NCBI GenBank assembly: GCA_024704765.1
Contig: JAKMXF010000044.1
Location: 186,001-250,000, forward strand
DNA length: 64,000 bases
Direction: 5' to 3'
Source of the DNA: Oopsacas minuta
Taxonomy: Eukaryota > Animalia > Porifera
Shown here: positions 1-13,800 of the stretch, piece by piece
How the letters are laid out: every line of letters begins with the position of its first letter
Position numbering within the stretch: position 1 is the stretch's first letter
The notes under the pieces: model-generated
Seen by the model: the letters and a program-made list of their open reading frames with translations, nothing else
Told to the model about the DNA's origin: nothing
The model's database searches: none
Translations under genes and position numbers: made by a program

Positions 1-500
1 AGAAAGGTAATTAATGTGTGACAATTATAGCTTGTTGTAAAGGGGCAACTCTCCGACTCCACTGGAATAATTGCAGCGTTCCAGACACTCGTCATAATGG
101 CGTCGTACTATATGTGACTGGGGGCCCTTGGCCCTCCAAATATTTCCGAATTCCCATACCTTCACTCGAGAGACTATACAATGTCAACTTTCTGCCGTAT
201 GATAGAATTCAGATTCGGACTCAGCCAGGTCGATTGTACATAGCCAATATATAGTGTCCATGAAGGAGGGTTGTTTGATTTAAATCATGATTTATATCAA
301 TGATTTTTATTAGTAAAAATCATGATTTTAATCAAAAATCTGAGGTATCAAAATATCTTATTTAAGTTCAATATTTTTGATGTTTTTATTATCTTATCAA
401 GCTGATTATGTCCATCCTGATATTAAATATTTATACCTATCGAAAATTTATTCATTTGACGGAAGGGTTGTTCGATTTAAATAAAAATAAATGATTTGTA

Positions 501-645
501 CAGTCAGGGTCGCTTATTGTGAACCCCTTCATAATGACTTGGCTGAATACAAATCTTATGTAAGCCGAAGAATTGTGACCTGAGGGGTTGTTCATAATGA
601 ACGAATGTTCATATTAAGTCGGTTATTAATACGCAACCCTGAGTC
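501..645. mobile_element. Small Tc1/mariner-type MITE inside the hAT left end
   Basis: Imperfect TIRs CAGTCAGGGTCGCTTATT / AATACGCAACCCTGAGTC, each flanked by TA. Confidence 0.55.
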
Positions 646-1843
646 TATATATATATTTAAACAACCACTTACAAAAGATTTATGACTATTAGATTACTAC
701 TATCCGTAGCATTTAACAACGCTTGATATGGCAGGAAGCAAGATGATATATGGGTCTACTTCGAACGGTATACGGCAGAAGGAGTGGCTGGCTGGAAAGA
801 AAGGTGCAAACTTTGCAATAAGGAGATGCAGGAGGTGGTCAACCGCCTTAAGCAACATTATTCTTCATGCAGCGTGCAAGACCATCCCATAATAGCTGAA
901 AATGAATCAATTGATTTAGTAGCCAGATCAACTGCATTATCTGGAGAAGTGCCTGATGCAAGTCTTTTTGCTAAAAACCTAGGATTACTCATATCGGTGA
1001 ATAAATATGTCATGAAGACTTCGAAGTCAGAGGCAGAATTACTGGATCTCCAAATTGCTCGTTATATTTACGCAACTAACATGCCTTTTATAGCTGTTGA
1101 ACACCCCAAGTTTATCAAACTAATAAAGATGGTATGGCCAGGTTATATATCGATCTCTCTTGGATACATGCAGAAAAACCCTGATGCATAAGGCAGTCTC
1201 CTTATCACTGGATGGATGGAGTAACGTACATAATGAACCTCTCGTGTGTGTGAGTGTTACAACTGACAAAAGAGAGACTTTCCTTACTGAGACAATTGAT
1301 ACCTCTGGACAGTCACATCAGATTATCTGGCAGAACTTGCTGCAGATGCTATTACATCCTGTAAGGTAAATCTTAGATGTCATGTACGTAACGTTGTAAC
1401 TGACAACACAGCCAATATAGCAAAATGAGAAGAGATTTAGAATAAAAGATGCCGAATGAAATATTGACATACAGATGCTCTGCTCATTTGTTGAGCCTAT
1501 TAGCACAAGATGTACAGATTACTGGGGTAAAAGAACAAGTTGTCCAGATTATCAAATATTTTAGGAATACATATCTACCTGCAGGTAGATACAAGTAAGC
1601 TGGTGGAAATTCTCTTGTTATCCCACATGAAATTAGATGGAATACTTTGACGGACTGTTTGAATAGTATATTTCTATCTGGCATATCCTTGTACAGGTCT
1701 GTGAGGAATATCATGATGAGATAAATTCGAACATTGGTAATAAAGTTAAGAATTATTCTATCAAACGTAACGCTGAAGATCTCTTGATTAGTTGATTCAA
1801 ACCAATTTCAGTTGTTCTAGATAGAAATCAAAGGGAAATACTA

Positions 1844-3174
1844 CTAGGGCGTTCAATAAGTCTTGCAGGTGATATCATAGAATATGATACAAACACTATA
1901 CACACTAATTCACTATATTATTTATTCAAAGTAATTCCCTTCTGCAGATACACAAAATTTTAACCTTTCCACCCACTTGTAAAACACATTTCTGTATTCT
2001 TCTTCGGGGATGGATTTGAAGTACTGATACAGGCCCGTTCCGAGTGCTTGTAATGTGTTAAAATCTTTGCCTTGAAGGTAGATTTTAAGCTTGGGGAATA
2101 GCCAAAAATCACACGGAGCTAGGTCTGGTGAGCATGGTGGATGGGGAAGTAATTCTAACCCTTCTACATCCCAGAAATTTTTGGTAATCTTAGCCGTATG
2201 GGAACTGGCGTTATCAATTAAATCTTCATTCCTCGAGTTCCGGTTACAGGCGGTACTTTTCTCTATTATTTATCAAATTTGGAAGCACTTGCTCTGTAAA
2301 GAAGTAGCAGTACCAGCCTTGCCACTCCCACAAGGTAATTTCAAGACAATTCTATGATTACTGAAGAAGATGCCATACATGATCTTAGGTTTTCTGAAGT
2401 CGGGCCTAGGAATTTTCGCCGGTGGTTCGTCGCCCCTGACCCATGATCACTTCTTATACTTGCTCTATGGTGTTGAATAGTACACCCACGTCTCGTCATC
2501 AGTAATAATCTCTGTTAGGCGTCTGGAATCGCAGTTCTCATAAGTCTCCAAGAGTTTCTTGGCAATATCCAGTTGTGCCAACCTTTGATTCTCACTGAGC
2601 TTATGCGGGACCCATTTCCCACAAATCGATCGGTAGCCAAGCTCAGTGGTCAGAATTGTATGAATAGCTCCCGATGAAATCTCCATACTTTGTTCTAATT
2701 GATTGACAGTAATGCACTTGTCTTCCATGACCATACTTTCAATAGTGCGATATTCTCTGAAGTGGTGGCGGATACCGGTCTTCCAGATCGAGGCAAATCT
2801 GTGACATCAGCATCACCAGATCTCAAACGGGCAGCCCATCGCTCTACAGTAGATCTGGAAGGGTAATCCACGCACAATATCTCCTGTAACTCGCTGAAGA
2901 TGTGGACGGGCTGGATCTTGAGTATTGTGCGAAATTCTATGTAACCTCGCCATTTGAGGTTGAAATTATCATCCTTTGAAGCCATAAATTCAACAGTGGG
3001 TATAAATTGACTACACGTAACTGTCTCAAAAATTCATAATTTGTATTGAATAAGCTTGAAACTTTCAGTATATGGAGTTTAACTATATGGGCTTATAATA
3101 TATGAAAGTTAGGTATATTACTTGACTAATTCCTTAAATATATCATGGCCTGCAAGAATTATTGAACGTCCTGA
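1844..3174 (-). mobile_element. Full-length mariner (DD34D), pseudogenised, inserted into the hAT transposase
   Basis: TIRs of about 24 bp (CTAGGGCGTTCAATAAGTCTTGCA vs TCAGGACGTTCAATAATTCTTGCA) with TA flanks. Minus-strand motifs LPRSGRP, WVPHKL, TDDETW, DNASSH and SPDLAPCDFWLFPKLK, with 34 residues between the last two Asp. The hAT reading continues across the insertion (KPISVVLDRNQRE... ISDTVEVWK). Confidence 0.95.
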
Positions 3175-4854
3175 TATAATTAGTGATACAGTTGAGGTAT
3201 GGAAAACACTTTTATGAGGATCTTCTAAGTTCACAGCAACCGGTACATGTACTAAGTAAAGTAGACGAAGAGCTGCCCAAGCTATTTCTCCAGTACACTA
3301 TTCTGCGAACTTAATTGACCCAGGTATAGAGGAAGAAAACTCACTGAGGAAGAAGCTACCGATACAATGGAATATATTCATCAGCATTTTCCAAATACAA
3401 TGGCGACTGTCTCGCAGTTCAAAGCAGGATATTATCCTTTCAAATCCTACATGTTTAGTGATAATGTAGTTGATAACATTATGCCAGCTTGCTGGTGGGC
3501 ATCAATGCGTGGAACATTGGGGAAAGATATTACTAAAGTTGCTGAACAACTTCTCACCGCAATTGCTTCAAGTGCGGGAATTGAACGTATTTTTTCTACA
3601 TTTGGATATATACACTTAAAAACTCGCAACCGACTTGGAATTGAGAAGGCGGCTAAACTGGTGTTCGTTTATAGGCTATTGAACATAAAAAATTAAATGA
3701 TTCTATTTTCTACACTCTATATTCTACGAGATAGGCCACAATTATGTATTGATATATTTATATGTATCAATCTTCAAAATTCATAAATACGCATACATTA
3801 TTATAACAAGGACAGGGAATACGGTCGGATGGTTCAGTCAGCTGTCATACAAAATCCGATTTAAATTAAAAACAAATCCGATTTTTTGATTTTTTAAAAA
3901 AATTATGATTTTTATCTTTCCTGCCATGAAGCAAAACCTTCAAATATGTTAGACAGTAATATATTATCCAGAGATCCTTGAATGTCAGATAACTCATTAA
4001 TTTTTGTCTAATGTTCAAACAATCCCTAAAAATAGTTAACTTAGCTAAACCACCTATATTGAAATTATTCCCAGAATATTTAGATTATCAATCAATAATT
4101 CTTGTTAAATAAATCTTTCTCAGCATACTGTAAAATTCGAAATAATCCAGCACCCGTTAAGTTCGCTTGCTCTGGCGTTCTGATATTGTTTCCCGATGCT
4201 GTTATCTGGTTTTTGCTGTATCCAGGGATTACTAAGGTTGCCAATTACAACGCTATTTCCAACTGTTGCTATGTCGTGTTTGTTGCCCTCAGTCCGGTTG
4301 GTGGTACTTCAGACCATGGATGCACTAGTAGTCTGTGCAATTCCTGGTGGCTGTGAGCCCCATTCTCAGTTGAAGCAAGTGCTGGCAACTCTGTCAGGTT
4401 CACTACTGCTGTGAGTATTCTCCACTGGTTGCTGGTGTGAGTGCGCTTCCTAGACGACGAGAGGATGCTAGGATATCGTTCACGGCTCCGAGTCTATTCT
4501 AAGTATGCTATGGTTATATACCTGTTTTTGACAATGTGGACCCACCTCGACTAATTTTTCTAGTTCCGCTAGTTGAGCGTGATGACTTATAAGGGTACCA
4601 ATTAGGTGATGCAAGGTGGTGAAATCACACTATCTTCGACTGTGAATACCTCGGTCTAGCTCTTATCTGACTTTGGCTACAAGCGGACCTCCTGGGAGAT
4701 CACTTCAGCCAAGTCCCTGGGACTGCTACCTCACTAGCCCTTCTTGAGCTAAGCTTACAATTTAATTCACTGAGTGACTCTTGAGATGTCGTAAGCATAA
4801 CTTGTGCCAACAGGCGGTGGAGGAGATATTCCATAATAACGCAGTCTTATCTTG

Positions 4855-5315
4855 TCTGAAATCGTTTCTATACAAAATATCAAAATTTCCATAAAGTTCG
4901 CACGCTTCAGAGGGGTAGTGATGACTATGGATAACATAATAACCACTTATAACTCGATAATGGGGCAAATATTTGAAAATTTGGTTTTAGATAATGAAGT
5001 ATACACCCTACTTCCTAAACCTAATAATACATTTAGATACATCACATGCTAATGTGACCCAAAATCTTGAACATGCCCATAGAAGGTCATTGTTAATATT
5101 ACACAATATTCTTCATGATATCAAATTGAAATACATTATTAGGGTATGGGAAGTCGGATAAACACTATAAAATGGATATCCTGAGTTTAAAATAATTTCC
5201 ACGATCCTCGAGTTATAAGTGAATATTGAAACAACAAGTGCCATCCATGGTTTCCGTTAAACTGCAAAGTTTATTTTGAAATTTGGTATATATTGATCAT
5301 AAACGATTTCCATAT
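4855..5315. repeat. Foldback (long inverted-repeat) element, family FB-A copy
   Basis: Nested inverted pairs, e.g. GAAATCGTTT (about 4858) with AAACGATTTC (about 5300), and CACTTATAACTCGA (about 4944) with TCGAGTTATAAGTG (about 5208). Confidence 0.7.
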
Positions 5316-5718
5316 TTATTTCGACTTTAACCAAATATCAATATTTAACCTTCCACATGGTTACAAAGATAGAGCAATGTTGAGCAATATAATAAAATTA
5401 GCAAATAAATTGTCCTATTTTGACAAAATTTCGCTTGTATATAGTGACGGCACGTATTTCTACAAGTATGTAATACATTCATTTGGCCAAAAGTGCAAAG
5501 ATTCTGAAATATTTAATCAAGCATAATAATCCCGAACTTGTTTAACCAATCCCTTGTCATGAAAAAAATTTCCGTCCCATAGCATTTGTGTATTAGAATA
5601 CTATGGGTGAGGTTCTCATTATCTTTTAATTAGGTTGAGTAACGGATATCTAGAATACATGAACATGAATGAGAAATTTTAGGTGGACAAAAAATGTCAT
5701 CATATATATATGCATATA

Positions 5719-7050
5719 CAGTCTGACACGAAATTATCTACAATTATAAATTAACCATAATCCAATTTAGCATTGATTACTAAAGAAATTGACGATACAT
5801 TTCTTGTATAGAAGTGATAGATATTACCTAAAACAATAATGTTACTAATAGTTAATCATTTTCCCACCAGAGGCAATTACCAGATCACACCTTTTTACAT
5901 AGAACCTGTGGACTTAGAAAGAAAATCAGGTTCAAACGTTTCCCACTGAGAATATATCATACTCTCCACTTCCTCAATTGTCTTTGGAGCGTTGACAATT
6001 ATTCTGTGCTTCAGTACACCCCATGAATTCTCAATAGGGTTGAGATCCGGGCTATTGGGAGGCCAGTCTATGCGTCTAACATGGTGTGTCTCTTTGAAAG
6101 CACATGAAATCTTTGATGTATGGATACTCGAATTATCCTCTTGCAATTTCCAGCCATCAGGATATAATGTATCTGCAATCTCAAACAGAACTTCACTTAA
6201 AACATTACAATAATGTTCTAAATTAAAGTTATGCTTGAATATCTTCACTGGGGTGGTACCTCGAGCAGAAATTCCTCCCCAAATGTGTGCTTTGTGAGTA
6301 TGCCGTGGAATGTTGAGGGTTGGTCGTTCACCTCTTGTCCACATTCGAATTCTACCCTGATTTAGCCAGATAGAAAATTCATCCGTGAATACTATCTTGT
6401 GCCAGTGAATATCCTGTGTTACTCGGCCCAATCGACACGTATTTTCTCATTCTAGGGGTGATTCCCGGCCCTCTGATCGGAACTTTCTTAGAAAGTCCCA
6501 TACTCTTTATTGTCCTCCGTATCGACTCACTAGATATATCTAAACCCTGAGTGACCTGAAATTCACTTGCTATACTTCTTACAGATACTCGTAGATTTTT
6601 TCGGAGCTTGGCTGCAAGAAATATCTTGTTATGTTTGGCCATTTTCATTGGTCTACCAGCTCCTTTTCGATGCTTCAAATTTTTGGAATCTGTCACTGTA
6701 GCTTTGACATTATACACGGTCTTCAAAGAAACTCCACATCGCTTTGCAATTGACTTTATAGTAGTTGTTTTCAATTTTAACAACTCCAAAACTTCTTGAC
6801 GGTTGGCTTGTTGCATTTATTTCGAAGAATTCTAGTTCACCACGGAATAGGGATAAAATGCTCAGTAATCATCAAGGATGACGCGACAAAATCAAAGAAA
6901 TGATGTAAAAATCAAAAAATTTTGAAATAACAAAAATATGTATTATATTGTTCATGTAAAGTGATCGAGATATATCAATTTCGTGCTTTTGCAATATTAC
7001 GGGTTCTTAAGAAACAATCAGAAAATTGTAAATAATTTCGTGTCAGACTG
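5719..7050 (-). mobile_element. Full-length Tc1 element (DD34E), frameshifted
   Basis: 27-bp TIRs with one mismatch (CAGTCTGACACGAAATTATYTACAATT) and TA flanks. HTH ORF 6379-6816 (GAGRP). DDE ORF 5895-6431 (VFTDE, QEDNSS, WPPNSPDLNPIEN; D-34-E counted). Frame break near 6420-6450. Confidence 0.95.
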
Positions 7051-7199
7051 TATATATCGATAACATAACATTAAATTCCTATCGATGCATATGGTAAATG
7101 ATCAATTGTCCCGAAGGATTTTCATCCAAAGTGGACAAACATTGTAGAAAAAATGGCCATACAAAGTGGCTGAGGCACTTAAAAGTGGCATAACCACCT

Positions 7200-7745
7200 T
7201 GAATGCCAATATGCCAAATGTTCTTTAAATTTCGGGATCCGTATGCAATTGTTTTAATACAACGGGTTTTAAAACTGTTGTACCTCTTGAACCTGGTATA
7301 CAGAGAATTGTTTGCCTCTAGTCATAAAAGCAATAAATTTACGGTGTCCTGGCACAGCATTAAGGGGAACTTTTTTTGCACCACGATAATACTAGTTCTT
7401 ATACATCAAAAATGACAAGACAATTTATTGAAGAATCAGGACTACATATTTTGCCACACCACCTTTATTCTCCAGATCTAGCACCTTGCGACTTTTGACT
7501 CTTTCCTAGACTAAAAAAATACCTTAAAGGCAGAAATCTTTCATCGAATTCTGATCTTGAGGGAGCCCTCAGAGAAGTGATCCGAGACAACAACGAAAAT
7601 GAATTTAATGAAGCTATTCAAGCTTGGTTTAAACTAATGAACAAGTGTATTCAAGCTAAGGGATGCTATTTCGAACAATTATAGTAAAATACATATAGTT
7701 GATGCTATTTGATACTTAGTTCAAAAGTTATTGAATATTCCCTCG
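7200..7745 (+). mobile_element. Mariner 3' fragment
   Basis: Translates HDNTSSYT...YSPDLAPCDF*LFPRLKKYLKG...KCIQAKGCYFE and ends in the mariner TIR AAAAGTTATTGAATATTCCCTCG followed by TA. The 5' boundary is approximate. Confidence 0.85.
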
Positions 7746-8816
7746 TACTTGTATCACCAATGCTTTCAAGGTAGGGCCCATGAGTTAGTTGTTAATTGAG
7801 TGAGCGACTACTATATTGAGGGAATTCTAGATGCGTATCAAGACGATATTACAGCTATAACACTATATTTTGATAAGGTATTCTCATTAATCTATAGCCT
7901 TTCACGATCACAACTTCGTGAATCAATATTCGGTAATCCGCAATGCTCCATTTATTTTCCTTAGCTGAGCTAGAATAAGTTCATAATTTGTTGGTACCAG
8001 AATGGAAACCGCCAGTTGTTAGAAAACAAGTGCTATAATATATTTGGCGAAGTGAGCGAACAAAAACTCTCTCAAATCAATCATTAGTATTAATTATCAT
8101 GGCAATATGAAGCTCCATGAAATGGGGCGGCAGATCACTAGCGCTCGACAAACTAAAATTCTGGGGTCACTAACTTAGCCACCACCTCGCATAACTAAGC
8201 CAATATACACGATTTTGTTGTGGCATAACGCAATATTCAGGTCACTCTAGCCACCAACTCACTGGATTTGTTGAGCATTACTGTGAGCACCATATAACCA
8301 ATTAAATGTTCAGTAAAATTTGTGCTGCCAGCACGGGAGTAGTGCTAGAAAATATTGTGTGGGATGCTCACTAGTAAACCATGGTTCAGAAGAACCTAAT
8401 TATAAATCTATGAATAATACTTAATTTTCCAATAAATTTGTCAAACAAAATATTATTGAGGGATGGCGTCCCCCTGTATCATGCCTCCACTACATCACCC
8501 TGTCAGGTAAATACCACACCAGCAGACTATGGCTTACCCACAGTCCCGGATATACCAACCATTTGAGTATCACATCCTAAACCCCTAGTAAGGTACGTCG
8601 CTTAATATTATTATTATTACTATATAGAAGCTATAGTAGGCTCTCACTCTTGGGGACTTGAAAAGTATGATATATTCTCATTCATATTCATGTATTCTAG
8701 ATATCAATGTTGAGTATAATACTCTAATTTGACGAAACTCATTGCTGACTGCCTTTCTTAATCTTGAATCAAGATTAAGATCAACAACGTATATAAAAAT
8801 TCTTTATATACGTAAG

Positions 8817-9412
8817 CAGGCGCACCGCCAGGATTTGGCAAACGGAGAGGCTGGGCCAGGCGACACGTGTATTCGTGGGGGCCAAGATGGCTCGGTATAT
8901 CAATTAAAATAGTCAACATATTCGCCTTTCATTGCCAGAAAATTATACGACTTGGTGCTTTGGATGAAAAATATAGGTAAATCAGGAATGACGACAGATT
9001 ATTAAGGTAAATAATAAGGTACTAACAATCAAACAAAAAAATGTAGGAAACATGGCCTAGGTACCTAATCTGTCTATACAAAAGAGGAAAATGAAGTAGC
9101 CATCCAAGTAAACAATTATATTGGAATAAATAGATCTAGCATCATAAGTAAAATAAAAAATTATTAAAACACACAACACGAGTCATGAACTGAGTGAAAA
9201 ACAAGAAAGCCGAATATTCGCTAAACTAGGAATCTAGAACAACAAACTTAAATATAATCGTGTACTTTTAAAACAAACAGGAAAAGATGAAGCAAGTTCT
9301 GTCAAAATTTCTACATTTTTATCTCCAGAAAATTACGCAGGTGCTCGAGTTGGGGGCTGTCGAAAATCACGGGGGAGCTTGAGCCCTCAAATTTGCCCAG
9401 ACGCCGCTTCTG
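8817..9412. mobile_element. Non-autonomous hAT-type MITE
   Basis: CAG...CTG termini with GC-rich ends and flanks TACGTAAG / TACGTAAA (7 of 8 match as a TSD). Confidence 0.65.
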
Positions 9413-9699
9413 TACGTAAATATCTAATAGGTCGTATCCTGAGCTTATTGAATTACCCAGATTTAGCTATGTAGACTAATCTTCCAAGATTATTTATTAT
9501 TATACATTCATTTGGCCAAAAATGCAATGATTCTGAAATATATACTCTAGCGTGAACTACGTGATGTAAGGACTGCAAACTACAATTATGTTCTGGCAAA
9601 TAAGAAGTGAACTGTAATAGATCCGAAATATAAATACCTCAGATATTTGTAAATATACAGCAGCTTTAAGTTTTACAAAATACGATCTAATGAATAACA

Positions 9700-10140
9700 C
9701 AACTTGGAAACGATATGAAATAGAAATTTTTATCTTTGATTTTAAAGATCAATTAAGAAATATTCGAAATATACTTGTAAAATATCAGATAATTGTCATG
9801 ATGAAGTTTGCTAGTTCTTGAGTTACAGTTGAGGCATGAATTGCACTTGTATGTCAATCTTCCCTTATAGCTCGATAATCGTTACAATTATGGTGGTCGA
9901 ATCATCGAGTTATATTGACAATTTTTGATATCTTGTATAAAAATACCTCTCGAATATTTCATAATTTAAATATAAAATCAAAGATAGATATTTTTCGTTT
10001 TATGGTGTTTCAAAGTTGGAGAATTTTTTGCAACATATCGGCCTATTATGCGATCCAACGACGTCTTTTCCAACTGAATATATTTTCTGTATTAGGAATG
10101 TGTGATTTATTAACTCGTATTTGTGAAACTTGATGAATAA
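9700..10140. repeat. Foldback element, family FB-A copy with deleted core
   Basis: Arms about 9700-9800 and 9915-10020 are reverse complements (TATCTTTGATTTTA / TAAAATCAAAGATA; GAAATATTCGA / TCGAATATTTC). Shares TTCTTGAGTTA and ATAXCTCGATAATCGTTACA with the 17140-17200 copy. Confidence 0.7.
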
Positions 10141-10856
10141 TTCTAATTCATTAGTTATTTGTACTTCGAATCAATTACAATGCAGTACTTATTTATCACT
10201 GGCCTAGAAAATAATAGTAGTTTCTAGTCATTATATTACACAATCCACGAATTCTGAACTCGTTTAGGTTTAACCAATCCCTGATCCTAAAGAGTTACCC
10301 GTACCATAGTCTTAGTGTATTTGAATGCTATGTTCTACACTTTTAATAAATGCTAAAAACATGTCTAGACAGGTAGATGAGGTGAATTTGTTGTCTCATT
10401 CCTAATTTCGAAGTATTGTGTCGTGATTTATATAATTGAGTTTTCCTTGTTTGTATGAAGTTCAGTGAATAAATGAAGTTAACAATTATATCATCAAATT
10501 TAGGACATTCTTAGTGAATTAAATATGTCAGTGAGAGTCTGCATGTATTAGTGAGGACTATAAATACCTATAGAAATGATGTCAGAAAGTGTTTTACTTG
10601 AAAATAATAGATTGAATAAGAATCTACTGGATAGTTTAAGAGAATACAATAAACCCAAGTTTTGATTGCCAGTTATGCAGAATCCACTGACCTTTAAATT
10701 AATAAGTCTATGTAAAAATGTACAGCATGACTATATGATAATGATTATACGATTTTGAACTTAACTATAATTTACGAGGCATGAAGTGCCGAATTTCAAA
10801 TAATAAGCTTAGGTATCAAAAATTTCGGCTCAATTCAACCATAAACAGTATATCCA

Positions 10857-10883
10857 TATATATATATATATATATATATATAC
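10857..10883. repeat. (AT)n microsatellite
   Basis: Uninterrupted ATATAT run. Confidence 0.9.
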
Positions 10884-12289
10884 ATGTTGCGCAAACTATA
10901 CGAGACTAAGAGTATTTTGATCCAGGAATGAAATGACTTCCTCAGAATTTTATCAGGTGCAAAGTATACAACAAGGGTGTATTCAAGTATGATCTTGGTG
11001 TAAAATTGAATCGCGATTTTGGTCGCCAGGAGCCACTGGTGAGTTCTCAAAAGTAATATCTCGTTTATCCTGCTACATTATGCAATCTAGTGCATTTAAT
11101 TTGTATCTCACCCTATGAAGCCTTTTCAAAGCATTTTCATAAGATTACTACCTCGCATAGCTTGCTAGGTTGCTATGCAGTGGCATACAGTAACCAATTC
11201 GTGGTAGGGACATTTGCATGTACTGACAGAAATGCCTCTGATTTACTACATTAATACATTCAATGGCAGCCCCAGTAGTTATTGAGCGAGTATATGGATG
11301 GAGTGAATTAGCTACTGGACAAACGAGGAAAATTGTTTTCTTATTCATATGAACTCATCATTTTCAACATTAAACGCCGATGTTCACAATAAGTTATAGA
11401 ACGAAACGACATATACATACATTAAAACAAAATTAATTATTTTGGATGGGGTACTATTACGAACAAGTTGCAAGAATACAGTGGTTTTGGGAACATTTAG
11501 GACAAAATTCATAGTAATTGAGTTGGAGAAGTCCACGTCACCTCAACCAGCGGGTTCACGAACATTCTCCAAATGTACAAAAGGTTGGTGAGTAGAGAGA
11601 CCTTACTTGTTTAAATCCATGCCAAATTCATATCAATCTGATATTTTGTTCTCAAATTATGATGTAACAAAATTTAGAATTTTTTGCCTCAAACAATTTC
11701 TGTATGGCTAGAACAATCACGCCTCTAATTCAAATTTGCATACACTGTTTAATTTGACTTCGATATTCACAAAAATTTCTATACCGATGGTGGTTAACTA
11801 TTTAGAATTTAATAAGTCAAATTGAAATTGATCTTAATTCATTTTGATGTCTCAAACTGGAACAACAACTAGTTCGAGTAGTGAAACCGGAGCTATGGTG
11901 TAACTATCGGGGATCTGTTGAGAACATAATATTTATACTATAGATACTTTCATGGGTCTTTTCCATGTGTAGAAAAATTTCATTGGTTCCCATGTATTAC
12001 TAGTAGCTCTCCATATTAACCAGTATATTTAAATGGTATGCTGATCAACTCAATTGTGTTACTAAGGAATTTAGGTTGAAACATGATACGATAATTATAT
12101 AATTTTTATTATAATTCTGCATCATTAATATGAAATTTCTATGCATTGTGAACCTAACTTGAAAGTATTCTAAGCATATGCATTTGCAGAGTAAATCTAA
12201 CATTTCATGCCTAATATTTATTTCTCTAGCAGTGTTTACCTGAATATAAACAATATTGAATAATGACTAAATATTTCGATTTGGTAGCA

Positions 12290-13800
12290 CCCTTTAAATA
12301 GACTAATTACATCGTGGGGAGTGGTCTTGTATTTCCATCCACTTTTTGATGATGGTGCTGGGGCTGCTATGCTGTACAAGATGTGGTTCTCGGGAATAAA
12401 ACATATCTTCTGTTAATGGTCAGAAGAAATTATTTCTGGTCGACCCTGCTCTTTAGGATGCATAAATTTACTTTAGATCTCCTTCTTCCACACACACACC
12501 TTCTCTACAACTCCTATATGCCATTCCTTATCATTTATACAAGTAATATTATCACCAATGCATGGATAAACTACACTCGTCTCCAGAAGCTCTCTGATCA
12601 TTAGTGAAGATATAAAAGATGGTGAAATCTACTTGATTACCGATTCATTTTTGTTCCAATTATCCTATAATTAAATAGGGTAAATGAATGATAACTTCTT
12701 GTGCCTGGTATTGTCTTGATATTTGGAATTCTAAAGACGAAAATGAGAATTAGGATTAGAGTGCGATGCTAAAATTGGACGAATGACAACTAACCTAGTT
12801 CAAATGTTGGTCTCAGTGGATCAATCTGTAATTTAGATATAAAGAAGAATTCTATATATGATAGGCTTGGAGGTGATGAACAAAACTCAAACATTAATGA
12901 TAGACATAATATGTGGTGTTTTGGTCTTTGCATTCTGGTCCTAGCATTCACTAATTTACCGTTCCTCCCGATGACATTGCAAAGTGACTTGCAGTGGTAA
13001 GTAGCAACAAAGTTCAATTCTCCATCAAACTGGGTATATTTTTTATGTTGGCATAAGTTTTACATTATCCTGCACGCAAATCACTGAAATAGCTAAGTTT
13101 GTTAATTTGTTGAAATTTGTCATTTATATAATAGGTTAGACCTGTTGAATTGAATATACCATCGCTACATCATGTTATGTATCGTTAAATATGAAAAAAA
13201 AAAAAATCTATTAATGACAGCTCCTATAATAATATATTTCTCAATAAAAGGCAATGAAGAATAGCAATTATAGTAGCTGACCATTTTCTCTTTTTTGAAT
13301 CACAAGTGGATGCATATTGCCTCTTCATTATTCCAATGGAATCTTTGAACTTCCTCTTCTACGACAAAACTGTAATTTGCAGCAAATAGACCAACACGAT
13401 AGGTTTCAGCAATCGCATCCTTTAGCTTCTTAAAATATCATGTATGTCCTCGAGAAATGTATGGATGTGAAGTCAGTTTTTCATGAATTAATGAAAATTT
13501 CGGTATAAAGCTCTCCAAGGTAGATTTGTCGATCTATTTCCATTTTTATATTCAACCGGGGTCTATAAAATGAAGTATATATAATTCTTTGTGTATATAT
13601 ATTGAGTTTTATATATCTCATTATCAACTCCTTCAAATATTCCTCACAGATATATTCAGAGGTTTTCGCTACCATTGCTATTTTCGCGATGATGAATCAT
13701 AAGGTTAGCATTGTCAAGGAAGAAACTAACTTGGACATTAATGTTTTGTAGTTATCCTGAGTATCCAGAGCATCTAAAGCATCCGTAAAAGAATCACATT
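12290..13800 (-). pseudogene. Decayed DNA-transposon transposase, probably Sola2-like (DDD)
   Basis: Ordered minus-strand motifs: EKLTSHPYI..YFKKLKD; FAANYSFVVEEEVQRFHWNN; KHDVAMVYSIQ; SYFSD; NFVATYHCKSLCNVIG (12790-13017); WHIGVVEKVCVEEGD..MHPK. These match the DFAENY-Q-E-Q-HW / FATSHGKSPCDGIGG transposase type. The superfamily name is from recall and is unverified. Confidence 0.7.

Larger units (their letters stand above)
266..3923 (+). mobile_element. hAT DNA transposon (DUF659-type transposase), decayed, interrupted by a MITE and a mariner
   Basis: Perfect 8-bp TSD CCATGAAG at 258-265 and 3924-3931. Degenerate termini (GAGGGTTG... / ...CTTTCCTG) with GATTTAAAT-type subterminal repeats. 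Fragments: BED-like CKLC...HYSSC and ARYIYATNMPF (784-1191), SLDGWSNVHNEP (1160-1369), and hAT dimerisation motif CWW...ASSAGIERIFSTFG...RNRL (3367-3696). Confidence 0.9.

Noticed and set aside
5293-5526. 77-aa ORF containing YSDG, resembling a transposase catalytic motif
   Set aside because: It lies in or next to non-coding repeat sequence that recurs at about 9500, with no other transposase motifs.
8480-8615. Possible LINE 3' end with (ATT)n tail
   Set aside because: The short tail is the only evidence; no RT or endonuclease sequence upstream.
11445-11560. GYYYEQVARIQWFWEHL resembles the HECT-domain IQWFWE motif
   Set aside because: A stop follows within a few codons, and no further HECT motif is convincingly in register. 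Probably chance; an HMM search would settle it.
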